Source of the DNA: the human T2T-CHM13v2.0 reference genome, Homo sapiens
DNA: 64,000 nucleotides
Reading direction: 5' to 3' (one strand)
Assembly: GCF_009914755.1 (NCBI RefSeq)
Contig: NC_060931.1
The translations under genes were made by a program, and so were the position numbers. Below the pieces are notes generated by a model. That model made no database searches. It saw only the letters and a list, made by a program, of their open reading frames with translations, and had not been told where the DNA came from. This document shows positions 1 through 12,900 of the stretch, in pieces. Each line of letters opens with the position of its first letter. Within the stretch, counting starts at the first letter, position 1.

Positions 1-311
1 GTTCTGACCACCTGTGACCCTTAACTAAAATAAGTGGATAATTGTCTTACTTACTTACTTGTTTTTATTTATCTTTATTAAATGTATAGAGAGCTCACAT
101 TTATTTCCATGCTAAATATTAGAAGTGTTTTGGTTTTTGTTTAGAAGTTTGGTGATATTTTTGTGACCAGAAATAGGCTGTAGGAACTTGACTCTTACTT
201 ATATCCATCAGCCTGTGGTTAAATTGATATCATTATATGTCGTTTCACTTAAAAATCACAGTTTCTGAGAATCTATCAACTATGTTAAGTGAGGACTGTG
301 AGGACTTACTG
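1..311. mobile_element. TcMar-Tigger-type DNA transposon remnant (MER82-like), right end
   Basis: Ends in ...gttaagtgaggact...cttactg-TA, resembling a Tigger-class terminal inverted repeat plus TA target; family assigned from memory. Confidence 0.5.
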
Positions 312-2466
312 TACAGAGAGCATAGTTTTTTAGAAACTTCTGAACTGATATTACATTGCCATAGCATCCAAAAGCATGATTTTCCCCCAATATTTTATTA
401 TAAAAATGTTTAAACATATAGAAAAGTTTAAAGAAGTTTGTAGTAAGCATATATATATATACACACATATATATACACCTACTAGATTCTACAATTAACA
501 TTTTATTCTATTTGTTCTTTCACGTATCAACCCAATCCTTCATCAATTCAAATTATTGTTATGCATTTTAGAATAAGTCAAACACATGATTTTATATTTT
601 ATAAAATATTCCACAATGGATGAGAAATCAATAAATACCAGTCCTTTGCTGCTGATAAAATACCTCAAAAAAACCTTTCACTTGAGAAGATGGGTGATAT
701 GCCAATGTTAACAAGGAAGTTGGGAGGAAAGAGATTTCTAAAAGCCAAACCATTACATGTTCCACAATACTACCAAGACACCAGAGAATGAGTTGCTACC
801 CTCTCAAATCCTAGGTTTATAAAACATAAATCTTAAGGATAGCACGTTATTTACTCTTGATAATCCAAGGGCCTGCTGCAGAGGAATGAAGTTCCAAAGT
901 AAAAATGGAAAAAAAAGTCTGGAAAGTAAATCAATTTTAAAAACAAACATTCTGTTAAATTAAAGCAAAATGAACCCAAAACTTAACTAAATTTCCCTGG
1001 CATACAGTGGCTCTCAATAAATATTTGTTGAATAGATTTTATAGTTTATACCTTGTAGTTGTTTATTTTTTTAACAGATGGCAACTACATGTGGAATAGC
1101 AATGTTATTGCTTTTTAATCCCAGAATCTGATTCCCAGGATTGTGAGCGACCCAAAGGTATAAATCCAATCACCCTTCTAAAGCTTGAATTCACTCACCA
1201 TCACCACCACTAAAGTGACATCCAAACAATATCAAACTCCTTTAAGGAAGAGAAACTAGGCTCTCTGAAGGCAATAACCTGTCTACAGGCAGGAACAACA
1301 TCTGCAAAGTTGTTTCCAAGTGGCAATGCTCTCCCTGTAGCTGTCATTTTCTTATTGCATGCTAATCCCTGCAAAAACAAAGAAAATCAAATTCTTCCCA
1401 AGCCCATTCTTCAAGCGTTTGATGGCAGCTAACACTGTCTTCTGTCTTGCAGGTTAAACGTTCCTGACACTTCTCAGATGACAAGACCCACTTACTATCC
1501 TACTGGCTCTCCTTAACACAAGTTTCACTTTTTCTGCACAGGTTCTAGATTAAGGCCTTCATTCATTCTTTTCAGGTCTTTGTTCAGCTCATTATCTTCT
1601 TGGTGATGTCTCTTCTATTTAAAGCTGCATCTCTGTCTTTTGTAGTTCCCTATTCTGTTTTCTATTTTTCTCCACAGCACTTATAACTACGTAGCACATG
1701 ACATTTATTGTATTTTCTTCCCACTAGCAAGTAAGCTCCATGATGGCAGGCATTTTATATGGTTCACCACTGTATCTCCAGGGCAATCAATATTTGTTGA
1801 ATGAATCAATGAACCTGCCATATGGGTAAGATCTTACAATCAAGGAGGAAGACAGTAATTCATTCCAGTTAGAGAAGCAATGCTGTTAAAGCAGAGGAAG
1901 ATGCCACAAACCTTTGGAGGGCCTACATACACTCCCAATGCCTTACCCTGAACTTATTTTCACCTACATTATTATGGAAGCTAAACTAAGTATCCCACCA
2001 GTATTTGTGAAGCTGGTTTTATGGACCCGAACCTAGAAATTTACATGACTCCCTTCTGAATTTCACCTGTGGTCCACTTTTTTAGTATATTGATATCAGA
2101 TCTTTAGTGAATATAATGGAATTAACTATTCTCTTCCAGTGTGGACTGCCCAAAACTGTTCATACTTTTCAGTTTTTTTCTATTCTTTTATTTATAAATT
2201 GCAAATTATCTAAAATCTATTAGTTTACTCACAACTCCCTTGACAGTTGTGATAGTGGTAGCGGATAGAGAAACCAGTACTGGGAGAGGAAAGGATTTCT
2301 TTGCACAGTCATGCAGAAGTCAGAAACCTATTGTACATGTGAAATATGCCTAAATGTATCTTGTATTAATGTAGTAATAGCAGTTACTGAGATTTTCAAT
2401 TACACTATTATACTATTTTTATTACAGCTGTGATGCATCATTGCTGAAAATGAACTATCTGATCTA

Positions 2467-2640
2467 AGTGAGGTTCTTAAACTCGAGTACGCATTAGAAT
2501 CAGCTGGAGGACTTGGTGAACCAGATTGCTGCCCCCTCCTCAAGTTTCTGTAAACTCTGCAGTGAGCTTAAGAATTTGCATTTCTAACAAGTTCCCAGGT
2601 GATGCTGAGGCTGCTCGAAGATGCTTTTCCCTGGGGACAG
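2467..2640. mobile_element. MER5A-like hAT-Charlie MITE
   Basis: gttcttaaact...cattagaatcagctgga...tttctaacaagttcccaggtgatgctga motifs. Confidence 0.65.
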
Positions 2641-2719
2641 AAAGTGAATGCAGGTGGTCTGATGTAAAAGGCACATGTTCTTTTTGAAAAGTAACTATGC
2701 TCTGCACTGTTCTCCACCC

Positions 2720-2996
2720 TGACAGAGTCTCATTCTGCCAGGCTGGTGTGCAGTGGCACAATCTCGGCTCACTGCAACCTCCGCCTCCCGTGCTCAAGCA
2801 ATTCTCATGCTTCAGGCTCCCGAGTAGCTGGTATTACAGGAATGTGTCACTACGCCCGGCTAACTTTTGTATTTTTAGTAGAGACGGGGTTTTACCATGT
2901 TGGCCAGGCTGGTCTCAAACTCCTGGCCTCGGGTCATCTGTCTGCCTCAGCTTCCCACAGTGCTGGGATTACAGGGGTGAGCCACCACACCTGGCC
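2720..2996 (-). mobile_element. Alu (AluS-type) lacking its poly(A) tail
   Basis: Dimeric Alu reverse complement; TSD taactatgct at 2692-2701 and 2997-3006. Confidence 0.93.
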
Positions 2997-3439
2997 TAAC
3001 TATGCTTTTTAAGCTTAAACTTTTAAAAAGGATTGATATCAATTATTAGGATAATTACACAATTTTTTACCCCTTTTGAACTTCAGCAGAAAGGCAGCCT
3101 ACATCAAAACCCTTCAAACTAAATACTTTTTACACAAGGGAGCTACTAGCTCCAATATCAGTACTTCCTAAATGGAAACATCCATTCCTACAGCTCAATA
3201 TTTCTTTTTACTCAAATCAGATATACCCTGGCCATATCTTCACCCTCACACAACTCCTTTTTCTTTCCTAATTATGTTGAGATCACGTAAGGTATCATTC
3301 AACCACCCTCCAGCTAGCACTCCCAATGCCTTTAGCTGGGATTTTTCTTCCACTGTGCATTTCTTTAAGCCCTTAAAGCTGGACTCATCCTAATGCTTTG
3401 TCCTTTACTTAAAAACTAGTGTTTCAAGCTAACTGCAGG

Positions 3440-3670
3440 GTAGTGGTTAAGACCATGAGCTGTGGAACCAGAACAAGTTCAAATATAGGTTCTGTGTGTC
3501 ACATACCAGCTGTTTAACTTTGGGCAAGTTACTCAGTCTCTCTGCGTCTCCATTTCTTCATCTCAAGAATGAGGATACCAATAATGCCTATCTCATAGCA
3601 TTACTGTTAAGGATTAAATGAGATTCTACCTATTAAGGGAATGTAGCAACACCTTGTGTATTATAGCTAA
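3440..3670 (+). mobile_element. MIR
   Basis: tagtggttaaga...ttgggcaagttact...gaggataccaataat...aggattaaatgaga MIR core. Confidence 0.7.
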
Positions 3671-4415
3671 GATTATTACCACCCCTCCCTCTATTCCTGT
3701 CACACTTGCCAGCTTTACTCAGCCTGCTAAGCATTCTTGGGTGACAAAAATATCTTATAACATAGTACATAGGGATACTACAAATTCAGGGAGCCAAAAA
3801 TAGTAACACTGAAATTTACATAATAGTAAAATCACCACTAATATAAATGTCATTGGTGGTTAAATTATTTTGTTAATAAATCACAAGTTAGTACTTAACA
3901 TGTATCAAGCCTTTTGTTAATTTTTTACATTTATCTCATTTAATTAGTCTAAGTATAGACCTATATTTCCAGCTATGCCATGAACATCACCCAGAATCTG
4001 TTCTATGACATATTCAAAATCTGTACTCTTCTACTTCAAACTTAATTCACCTCATTGTCATTTTCCATCTCACTGAATGTCATTATTATAACATAGCGGC
4101 CCAAGCCAGAAAGCAGGGAGTCATTCTTAACTCTTCACTCTTCCTCTACTCCCCCTGACCCATACCCACCTCTTCTGTATCCATGGTGTGTTGGTAAATT
4201 GGAGATGAACTGAAGATAAAGGTTAGGATGTAGAGAGGTTTTAAAATCAGTGTTACCCTGGTCATGGAAAAATGAAGTAGAAAATTCACACCAGCAAGTG
4301 AAATCAAAGAACATATTATCTTGTAGGCGACCCACCCAATTCACTTGCCACTGCCTTCATTTATATTTTCACTTTATCACTCCTGGATCATTGCAACAGC
4401 CTTCTAAGTTTCATG

Positions 4416-4859
4416 TGTTAGGTTCAGGGTCAGGTTCCAGCCCATGCTGAGGTCTGGAGGGAGTGGGTGGATGAGTGGCAAACAGCTGAAAGAAAACTCA
4501 GGGAGACATAGGTAGATGAAATATGGCTTTATTCAGAAGCTCTCTCATCAGCACCTCTCTTAGAGTGTCCGCTCTGTCTCAGCTGTTTGAGCTGGCAGCT
4601 CCCACACACAGCTGTGCTGCTGGCTCTCCCTTGCCTTCAGGGTCAGCAGCTTAATTTTCTCTCTCTGGGCACGAGAGTCCCTATATAGTGTCAGCAGGGC
4701 AATGATACCTTTTACAAACAATAGTGGCTTAGAGCCAAATGATGAGCCTTCCCATTTTATGGCTACATGGTTGTGGTAACGGGGAGTTATACACCTGAGC
4801 TCTAAACTCGCTGAGTCACTCAGCCTGTCCTTGACAAAAGCACAGCCATGTTCCTTACA
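4416..4859 (-). repeat. 3' LTR of the ERV
   Basis: Begins TGTAAGGAACATGGCTGTGC on the minus strand right after PPT GAGGGGGTGGAG (4860-4871); TATA-like ctatatag near 4681; AATAAA at 4528-4533; homologous to 8678-9134. Confidence 0.9.
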
Positions 4860-5049
4860 CTCCACCCCCTCGGCCAAGGGAGACATAGGCCTTGGATACA
4901 CAGGTTATATACATAAGCTTTGGTACATAGGCTCGATATATATACACACAGGCTTTATACATAAGTTTTGGGTACATAGGTTTGATATATAGGCTTGGCA
5001 CACAAGCCTTACATTCCACCCCCTAGGCTGATGGAGTCCTTTTAGTGAG

Positions 5050-6250
5050 GACCGGTGCACATAGGGCTGCACCTTGGACCTATAGGCCACAGCAACAATA
5101 TAAGGAGCAACAACATACTACTAATATTCCTGCTATGCTACTCATGATTATTAGAGCCCAATGTAGGCCAGAGCCCAGAGATGCCCACCATCTCTTCCAG
5201 GGGTCATCATCAAGGCGCTCAATCACCTTAACCTCCTGGGACACCCCTTGTAAAGCTGCCATTATGTTCTGGTGGTTGTCAGGGATGAGTTTTCAACATT
5301 GTGTCCCTACAAGGGCACAAGTGCCACCTTGGGCAGCTGTGGCTATGTCTAAGGCCATCCGGTTTTGTAGCACCACCTTCCTGATCTGATTAACCTTATC
5401 AGTTAACAAAAGGAGGGCAACTCAGATGCAATTCAGGGCCCGAGCTGTGTGCTCTGCAAGGGCTGTAACTTGCATTTCCTACAGTAATGACACCTGCTCC
5501 AGGAACAGTTATTGCTAAGGGATAGAACCACAAGGGGGCCCACCCCACTCACAAAAACTGGAAACGCAGCACCCTCTAGTCATGTAGGTGACCAGGCAAT
5601 GTGGAAAGCACAGTGGCAGGCACATGGGGCCACCCTCAGGTACAGTCCAATTGGCTGGCAGATATGGCCATCCTGTGCCCTCACAGACCCATCAACTCCC
5701 AGGGGGTACAAAGTCCACTGGGGCCCAGCCTTGGTAAGGCCGCTTATTCCACAACACCCTTGGTGTAGTGATCGTGTTATGTTTGCACAAACCTCAGCAG
5801 GCAACCATCCCACAGTGACTTTACCCCAGTGCTGCTCTATACATGGTGGTGTCCGCAATGGGGGCACCACGTGTTCTCCCATTAGACAGCTCCATCCATC
5901 ATGGACGCTAGAGTCAGCCAGGGGGCAGGCTTGCCATGGGTTTTGTGACGCCTCCTATTCAAAGCTTGATGTGTTGCATCCCACCCACTGTCCACGAGGC
6001 CTGGACAGTGTGCAGTTCTGCACAGAAGCTGGATGCACACGCCAGGGCAAGCCATCCGCAGCTGCTGCTGGAAGGACAGTGCCGATCCAACAGTTAGAGA
6101 CATTGGTCACCTCAGTAAGGTGTGGAACCAGTCCACAATGCTATTGGAGCATGCCAACTTACAGCTGAAACAACAAAGCAAGCACGGATACTAACCAGGG
6201 TAAATCACGTCCCTCAGGCAAAATTCAAGTCAATTTTTCATCCCTGGATA
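5050..6250 (-). pseudogene. Retroviral env pseudogene (gamma-type TM subunit)
   Basis: Minus-strand translation IRKVVLQNRMALDIATAAQGGTCALVGTQC* gives the immunosuppressive domain and a CX6CC whose last Cys is TGA (5293-5295), followed by the hydrophobic anchor WALIIMSSIAGILVVCCC; 5' boundary approximate. Confidence 0.85.
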
Positions 6251-6399
6251 ACAATGCAGCTGCCAAGGGCTTCTGCCCTGGGTGATGATGCTACACCTCA
6301 TCAGCTTTCTGTGGTTCCCTTGGGTCCTGCACCCATGCCAAAGTTACAGGGAAGTTTATGATAGTCCACACAGACAGTACATATGTTCCCGGAGGAGGG

Positions 6400-8640
6400 T
6401 TCCTTCCCTGGCCGTTCCCCTACGAACGGCTAATTGTGGAGGTCACACATTAAATACCCAAGGAGTAACATGTAAGTTATACTGCAGACCCTTCCCCACA
6501 GGAGGCCACAATCGCCAACCATCTGCAATGAGGGGCTTGGAGGGTCCATGGCTGACACCAGGTTTTGTCTCCCTACTTTTAGGGGTATTGGGGCAGGTAA
6601 TAACAGATTATCTCTCATCCTCGTAACTGGTTGGAGAAGGTCATCCTTCCTCTCATGGATCCGGCCACATGGCCTGGCCCTATGTGGGTTGGTGACTAGG
6701 TAATTCTATAACTTTCACATAATTAACAACAAGGTTAAGCCTCAATAAACTGCCCAGCTACAGCTGCAGATTACTGTAGGTGTCACCTTCTTGGTGATCA
6801 CCATCCACATTGCTCTGAGTTTAGCTCATTAGCTACTTTGCCCACACTTGGTATCAAACCATATAGTGTCAGTAGAATGGCCGGACTGTGACAACAGTCC
6901 AGGCAGCACAAGTATCTCGACTAGACCTGTGTACCATGCCCCATTAGGAATGGGGGGATACCATTCCTTATAGTGAAGGTGCAGAGTCTAGGTGTACCTC
7001 CGGCCCCATGGCCTTATCTTGCATTAGGACTACAGGTCCCAAGACTTCTTGTAACTCTGCTGCTAAGGGACTTGTACTCAGCATACTCCGCTGCTCTAAG
7101 CAGGTGCTTCACTTCACTAAAGTGGATGTCTGCACCGTCCTTATCCGGGGAGTCACTACCCATGAATGCACCCATCCTGCTATCAGGTAAGTCGTCCATA
7201 TGACGACTGTAACCCATTCTGCCACACTCTTATGAGCCTGATGGGCAGCATATGTAGTTACTAACTGCTTTCCCAGTCCAGGGGGTCACTACCCATGAAT
7301 GCACCCATCTGCTATTACTAACTGCTTCTGTATTAATGAACACTGGAGCTCAGCTCCCTTCCACAGCTAGGACTAAAAGCCTGTTGGCACTTCCAAGGTC
7401 TCCATGCACTGCTATAGGCCCTAGCCAACACTATTTGTGGTCACATGCACATTCAGTTTAAATGGGCACCCCTAGTCAACTACCCATAGGTCTTGTGCCT
7501 ACTGAAGAGCCTGCTTGGCTGTGTAAGCCTCACCATGCAACCCCAGGCAAGGTGGGCATTGCCACTTCTAAATCTGCAAGAGAACCAGAGGTTCGCATAA
7601 CGTCATCAACAAGATCATGACATATGATGAGGCTATGCATATAGTCCTGCAGTGACACTATGAAAGTCCATTGTCACCCTCCCATGAAGGCAGACTGTTC
7701 CTGGCTCTCTGGAGCAATGTTGATTGAGAGGAATGCATTGGTCAGGTCCACCACACAGTGGCACCATCCCAGTTCTATTGTCAAGCAGTCCAGCAAGTCC
7801 GTGACAGACAGCACAGCTGTCAAGCTGTGCAAAACATCCACCCCCAGAATGTCTCCAGGCATGGGAGAGATGTGCACAGTGGACAAGCAGACAGCCAAGT
7901 GGCGAACGCCAAGGTGCAGACACAGGTTCCACTTTCACTGACTGGTCTTCATAACCATTAATAAACACAGCTCTGCCCGGAAATTTATCCGGGTTCAGAG
8001 ACTAGTGGATTGCCAAGTCTGCATATGGCCTTTGGTTGTCTGGTGCCACCCAAGCCAGGCATCTCGGCCAGTCTCTTATCAAACAGAAAAGGCTTTACAC
8101 TTCCACCTGACTGCAGCAGGCAATCTGTGAACTGGAACACTCGGGCAGGACCAGGTTGTACACCAACGTCCTTCTCCTGAATGACTTGCACTAAGTCTGT
8201 ACATGACTGCCGACATTACTTGCTTGACTCCCGCAACATAGCGGGGGTGCAGGCACCATATAAAATGTGTTCCACCACGGTGGTGGGGGGAGGGTCCCTA
8301 GGCTCACCCTTGGTGCCCAACAGCTACTCATGCTATATTTTCTGGTGGATCACTGGGCGAGCCTGCAACAGAGGTTCTTTCTCCCTGCGCTGCATCCTGC
8401 AGGGACTGGGCATGCAATTCCTGCAGCACAGTTACAAACGCCCATGTGACTCTGCCAGCGAAGGTATGCTTTTCCTTAGTGCTGTGCAGTTCCTGGTGCT
8501 TCAGTACCTTCTCCACACTCATGGGAGACCTGTCTACTGCCTCCCACGTTTCCACTGGGGCCCACCCAGGCAGCACCGCTGCCACTGGGTACCACAGCCC
8601 ATGCTGCGGCCACATAGCCGACCCAAGACCCCTCAGAACT
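6400..8640 (-). pseudogene. Fragmented gag/pro/pol remnants of the ERV
   Basis: ORF 7674-7898 has protease-end (ILGVDVL) and RT (VVDLTNAFLSI) motifs fused by deletion; many stops and frameshifts. Confidence 0.7.
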
Positions 8641-8657
8641 GAAGACCCACTCACCTC

Positions 8658-8675
8658 ATCTGGCCAACTATGCCA
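8658..8675 (-). other. Primer binding site, tRNA-Ser type
   Basis: TGGCATAGTTGGCCAGAT, 2 nt after the 5' LTR; 14/18 match to TGGCGTAGTCGGCAGGAT (complement of tRNA-Ser 3' end), two differences being CpG transitions. Confidence 0.8.
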
Positions 8676-8677
8676 AC

Positions 8678-9134
8678 TGTCAGGTTCATGAGTACACCAA
8701 ACGTCATGCCCAGGGTCCAGCCCCTGCTGAGGTCCGAGGGGAGTGGGTGGATGGACAGATAGCTGAAAGAACACTCGGGGCCGTAAGCAGGTGAAATGTA
8801 GTTTTATTCAGCAGCTTTCCCATCCACAGCTCTCACGCACTGTTCTCTCTGTCTTGGCTGCTTGAGCTGGCTGCACAGCCTGCTCTCCATTGCCTTCAGG
8901 GTCAGCAGCTTAACTCTCTCTCTCTGGGCACAAGTGTGCCTATACAGTGTCAGCAGGGCAATTATACCTTTTACAGACAATAGTGGCTTAGAGCCAAATG
9001 ATAAATCTTCCCATGTTATGGCCACATGGCTGTGATAACAGGTGGAGTTATACGCCTGCACTCTAAACTTGCTGAGTCACTCTGGATGTTTACCTCAGCC
9101 TGTCCTTGACCAAAGCACAGCCATGTTCCTTACA
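8678..9134 (-). repeat. 5' LTR of the ERV
   Basis: Homologous to 4416-4859; AATAAA at 8803-8808; followed by the PBS. Confidence 0.9.
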
Positions 9135-9494
9135 CTGTGTCTTCAAGTTTCTTAACCAAAATTCCATGTGACACTCAAAGCTCCTTTATAAAAATACTGT
9201 TAACACTGTTCTCTCCATTAGAATGTCCTTCTTCCCACAAAGTAGAGTTCCATTTCAAATATCATTTCCTTCTTTAAGTGTTCCCTAATTATCACTCCAG
9301 TTGAAATTCTGCCCTTCATATCGCCACAAGCCTTTATCAATTCCTCTCTATGAGGAATAGAAATTTAACACTTTCTACCTTGATATTTTGATTTCTACCA
9401 AGATACTTTCAGTAAAGTGAAAATAAGTCAAACTTAAGGAAACAGAAGGTGAAATTTGGGACCTGATTAAAGGTTCTTTGGAACAGTCCTCTGG

Positions 9495-9655
9495 CAGTGG
9501 TTCTCAGTCTTGTGTGCACACTGGAATACCCTGGGCAACTTCAAAAACTATCAATGCCTGGGTCCCAGCCCAGATGTCATGAATGCATCCTGAACACTGA
9601 GACTTGGAAAAGCTCTCCAGGTGATTCCGATGTGCAGCCAAGGTTTTGAAGTACT
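9495..9655. mobile_element. MER5-type MITE
   Basis: cagtggttctca...ctccaggtgattccgatgtgcagccaaggttttgaagtactact. Confidence 0.6.
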
Positions 9656-9685
9656 ACTCTATGGGGACTATAAAAGGGAGTAAGA

Positions 9686-9987
9686 GGCTGGGCGTAGTGG
9701 CTCGTGCCTATAAACCTAGCACTTTGGGAGGCTGAGGTGGGCAGACTGCCTGAGCTCAGGAGTTCAAGACCAGCCTGGGCAACATGGCAAAACCCCAACT
9801 CTACTAAAAGTAAAAATAAATAAATAAATTAGCTGGGCGTGGTGGTGCACACCTGTAATCAGCTACTTGGGAGGCTGAGGAAGGAGAATCACTTCAACTT
9901 AGAAGGAGGAGTTTGCAGTAAGCCAAGATCGTGCCACTGCACTCCAGCCTGGGTGACAGAGGAAGAGCTCTGTCTCAAAAAAATAAA
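9686..9987 (+). mobile_element. Alu
   Basis: Full dimeric Alu with A-rich linker and short tail. Confidence 0.95.
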
Positions 9988-12900
9988 AGAGTTAAGAGAT
10001 TACTGAAGGATTTTTCAACAGAAGCAAAGATCTGGTTGACATCAGATAATAATAAATATTACAACTTGAGTAATAGCTGACTGTTTAGAAGTATTAAAAG
10101 CAGATGTAGAAATGATTCAGGGTAGGCAAATGATATTGTAGGAAAGTGTAGGAGGCAAGGAATTTGGTGGCACTTGGTAAAACTAAAATGACTTACAATT
10201 GCTTCTAGGCTGAAGCTGGAAAAGAAGAGATGGACTGGGAAGATAGGGACAACAATTAAGGGAAACTGCTTGGAATGAGAACCAAGAATAAGTCTGAAGA
10301 AGTAGTGGAGATGAGCAGTCAAGCAAATGCAGAGGGAATTCTGAAAAAGATGCTGTGAGTTGTTAAGTTTTCAAAGATGACAGAACATGATGTGTGGCAA
10401 CAACAGTGTGTTGCTAAACTGGACATGTGTAGAAGAGTTTTGAAATCAGAGTCACCCTGGTCATCAACAGTGATGAAAAATATGCATGGCAGCATCTAAA
10501 AATCATCACGGGACACAGTAACTTGGAGGTCTGATAAAGATGCTGCCATAATTGTGGAGAGAGGGGTTAGAAGCTGTGGTGTGGCTATGAAAAGGGGAGG
10601 TAACAAATTGTGGTAGAATAACACTTACTGGTAGGAAAGAGACCATCTGTTTTTCTAAAGTACACTCCCTTCCCCCCACTTATAAAACCAAGTATGTATT
10701 TAAAGATATTTCTGTGCTGGTAAGTGTATTAATTTATAATCTTTATTTTTCATCATTAAGAACTAAATATTAAAAAATACAGTAAGTACAAAGCCAAAAA
10801 ACCAAATTTGTTTTTAAAATACAAAAACAGGTGTTCATGGTAAATGATGGAATGGGAGAATGGAACTGGCATGAGAAAGACTCCTTCACAGTAGCAGCAT
10901 GTAAAAATTTCTCTGCTTGCTTCAGTGCCTTCCCAAATGCTCATCTTTCTCCCAGTTGATACCTACGTGCTGCTTCAAAACCCGTTAAATGTGGTGAAGG
11001 GGTTTAAATCCCATCAGAAAAGTCAGATCCCTGGCTCACTAATCCTTTGAAAGGCTCACACTAGTGCAAATAAATAGCTGACTAACATTCTCTGCAGGAC
11101 AGTTGCATTATAATAATTCTATAGCAAGAGATAGGGATATTATCAATGTAGTGTGTCCTATAACAAGAGGTACTGTATAGATGGAGTGAGTCATTTCACC
11201 TATAGCACCACCCGATAAGAGTTGAAATGCGTTAGAATATTTTTCACTGTAGTAAAATATTAAACCTAATTTATCTGAGGAGTGAATAAAAAAGCAAGCT
11301 TAATTCTTACAAGGAACATAAACTCCCTTCTGTAATTCACATTATTAGTCCCATGTCATTATGACAAGATATGTTTGCATCACTAGGTACAAGAGAAAAT
11401 GGTATATAGCCCACAGAATAAGTGAAAATCTATTATAATGAATAAATTTGATATAGTAGTGCTATTTCCAAGTTCTATTTAGTAAACCCAGAGTAAAAGG
11501 GGTTTATTGATCTGTTTACAACATTCTAAACACTAAGATTAAAACTGTTTTGTTCTGACATAAAAGAAACAGCTATGTAAAGTGCTTAGTCCTCTACCTG
11601 GCACATGGTAGCCACTCAGCAGACAGTTCCCATTTTCACTGACTTGACCCTTTCCCTCCCACTCCAAATATAGATTCTAACCACCCTTTAAAGAACATCC
11701 ATAGAAAATTCTCAGATCAAACAAGCACACTGTGTTAAATGTTAAATGTCCACATTAACAAAGGTTATATCATAGAAGTATGCACATGCCAATTTCTTAT
11801 GCATGGGAGTAACTCAGGTCTTAGATTGACAATGATGAACAAAGGAAAAGGAGGAGAAAAAAGAAAAGGAAAAATGAACAAGGATGTGGAGGGAGAATGA
11901 AGAACACAATTGCACTGTCAGTGTGAATAGCAAACAAATTCCTGAACTACCAGATGTCATGGAACAAGTACCCCACACAAGAGTACACAGAGCTGCAATG
12001 ACCCTGGAACTCTAGGTGCAGGGACTGCCAACACTACAGATGCATTCATTGTCATAGCTCTAGTGATTTTCTTGGACAAATGGTAGAAATCACTTTAGCC
12101 ACCCCACCCCCATCCGCTGCTATCCTCTAGTGGCAGAAACATTAACAGTGGCCAAAGAATGACAATTTATCCTGATTAGGTGGGCAGCTAATTTATCCTT
12201 TTAGGGACAGCTGTCATGGGGTCCTCAGTGTCCTCTCTCTTCAGTGTGGTCCCTCGTCCCTCAGGAAATGACTTTACTCTCCCAGGGTAAGCTCAAAATA
12301 ACACTTAGTGTTCCTGCTAAATCCTCCAGTAGTCCAGTGCTATGCAGTTCTTTCAAAGAAGAGCTCTTGTGATTAACACAAAAGTCTCTAAAGTTGTGTG
12401 TAAAAAAGCCTTTGTGTACCAAGCAAGGCATGGCTCACACCTGGTCATTTGCCCAGTTTTTGCCGATTCTTCCTGGCCTTAGATTAGTGTCTCTCCTCCT
12501 TTAGTCTTCCATGGGGTGGCAGTTATAGCTAACTACTGCCCTTCTACCTGTGTCTGAATTGCAGTATTGTTAACACTGAGCAACTCACAAGATTCCTCTT
12601 CACTAGGTCACCCTCCAAGGCTGCGCAGCAATTCAAATCCCAGTGTTAGCCTTAGAGTTCAAAGCTGCTCATTAAAATTATGCATGCTGAACTGTAATAA
12701 TAAATTCTGGGCTAAAATTATAATTTAATATTTTTTCAAAGTAATTTAGAGTGAAAAATTTCAAAATTTTCTGTTATTTTGTATAATTGGGAAAAACAGT
12801 CAAGTTTTTCAAATTAACACATAATAGTTGCATTACAACAAAGATATTTATCATTCACTTATTCATTCATTCAAAAATACTCGAGTGCCAGGAACTCTGC

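Larger units (their letters stand above)
4416..9134 (-). mobile_element. Endogenous retrovirus, class III HERV-S-like (ERVL group), internally deleted 4.7-kb provirus
   Basis: Two ~450-bp LTRs (TG...CA), tRNA-Ser-like PBS, polypurine tract, gag/pro/pol remnants (LGVDVL; VVDLTNAFLSINIAPESQEQSAF) and an env TM remnant; appears inserted into an L2 fragment. Confidence 0.9.

Noticed and set aside
5512-6168. 218-aa plus-strand ORF
   Set aside because: Antisense to the env remnant, non-ATG start, no recognisable domain
4411-9139. ERV target-site duplication tcatg / ctgtg
   Set aside because: They only match if CpG decay plus another change is assumed; not usable as evidence
12200-12700. Higher-GC stretch as a third RNF paralog remnant
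   Set aside because: No PA or RING motifs recognisable; more likely an old LTR or unique sequence
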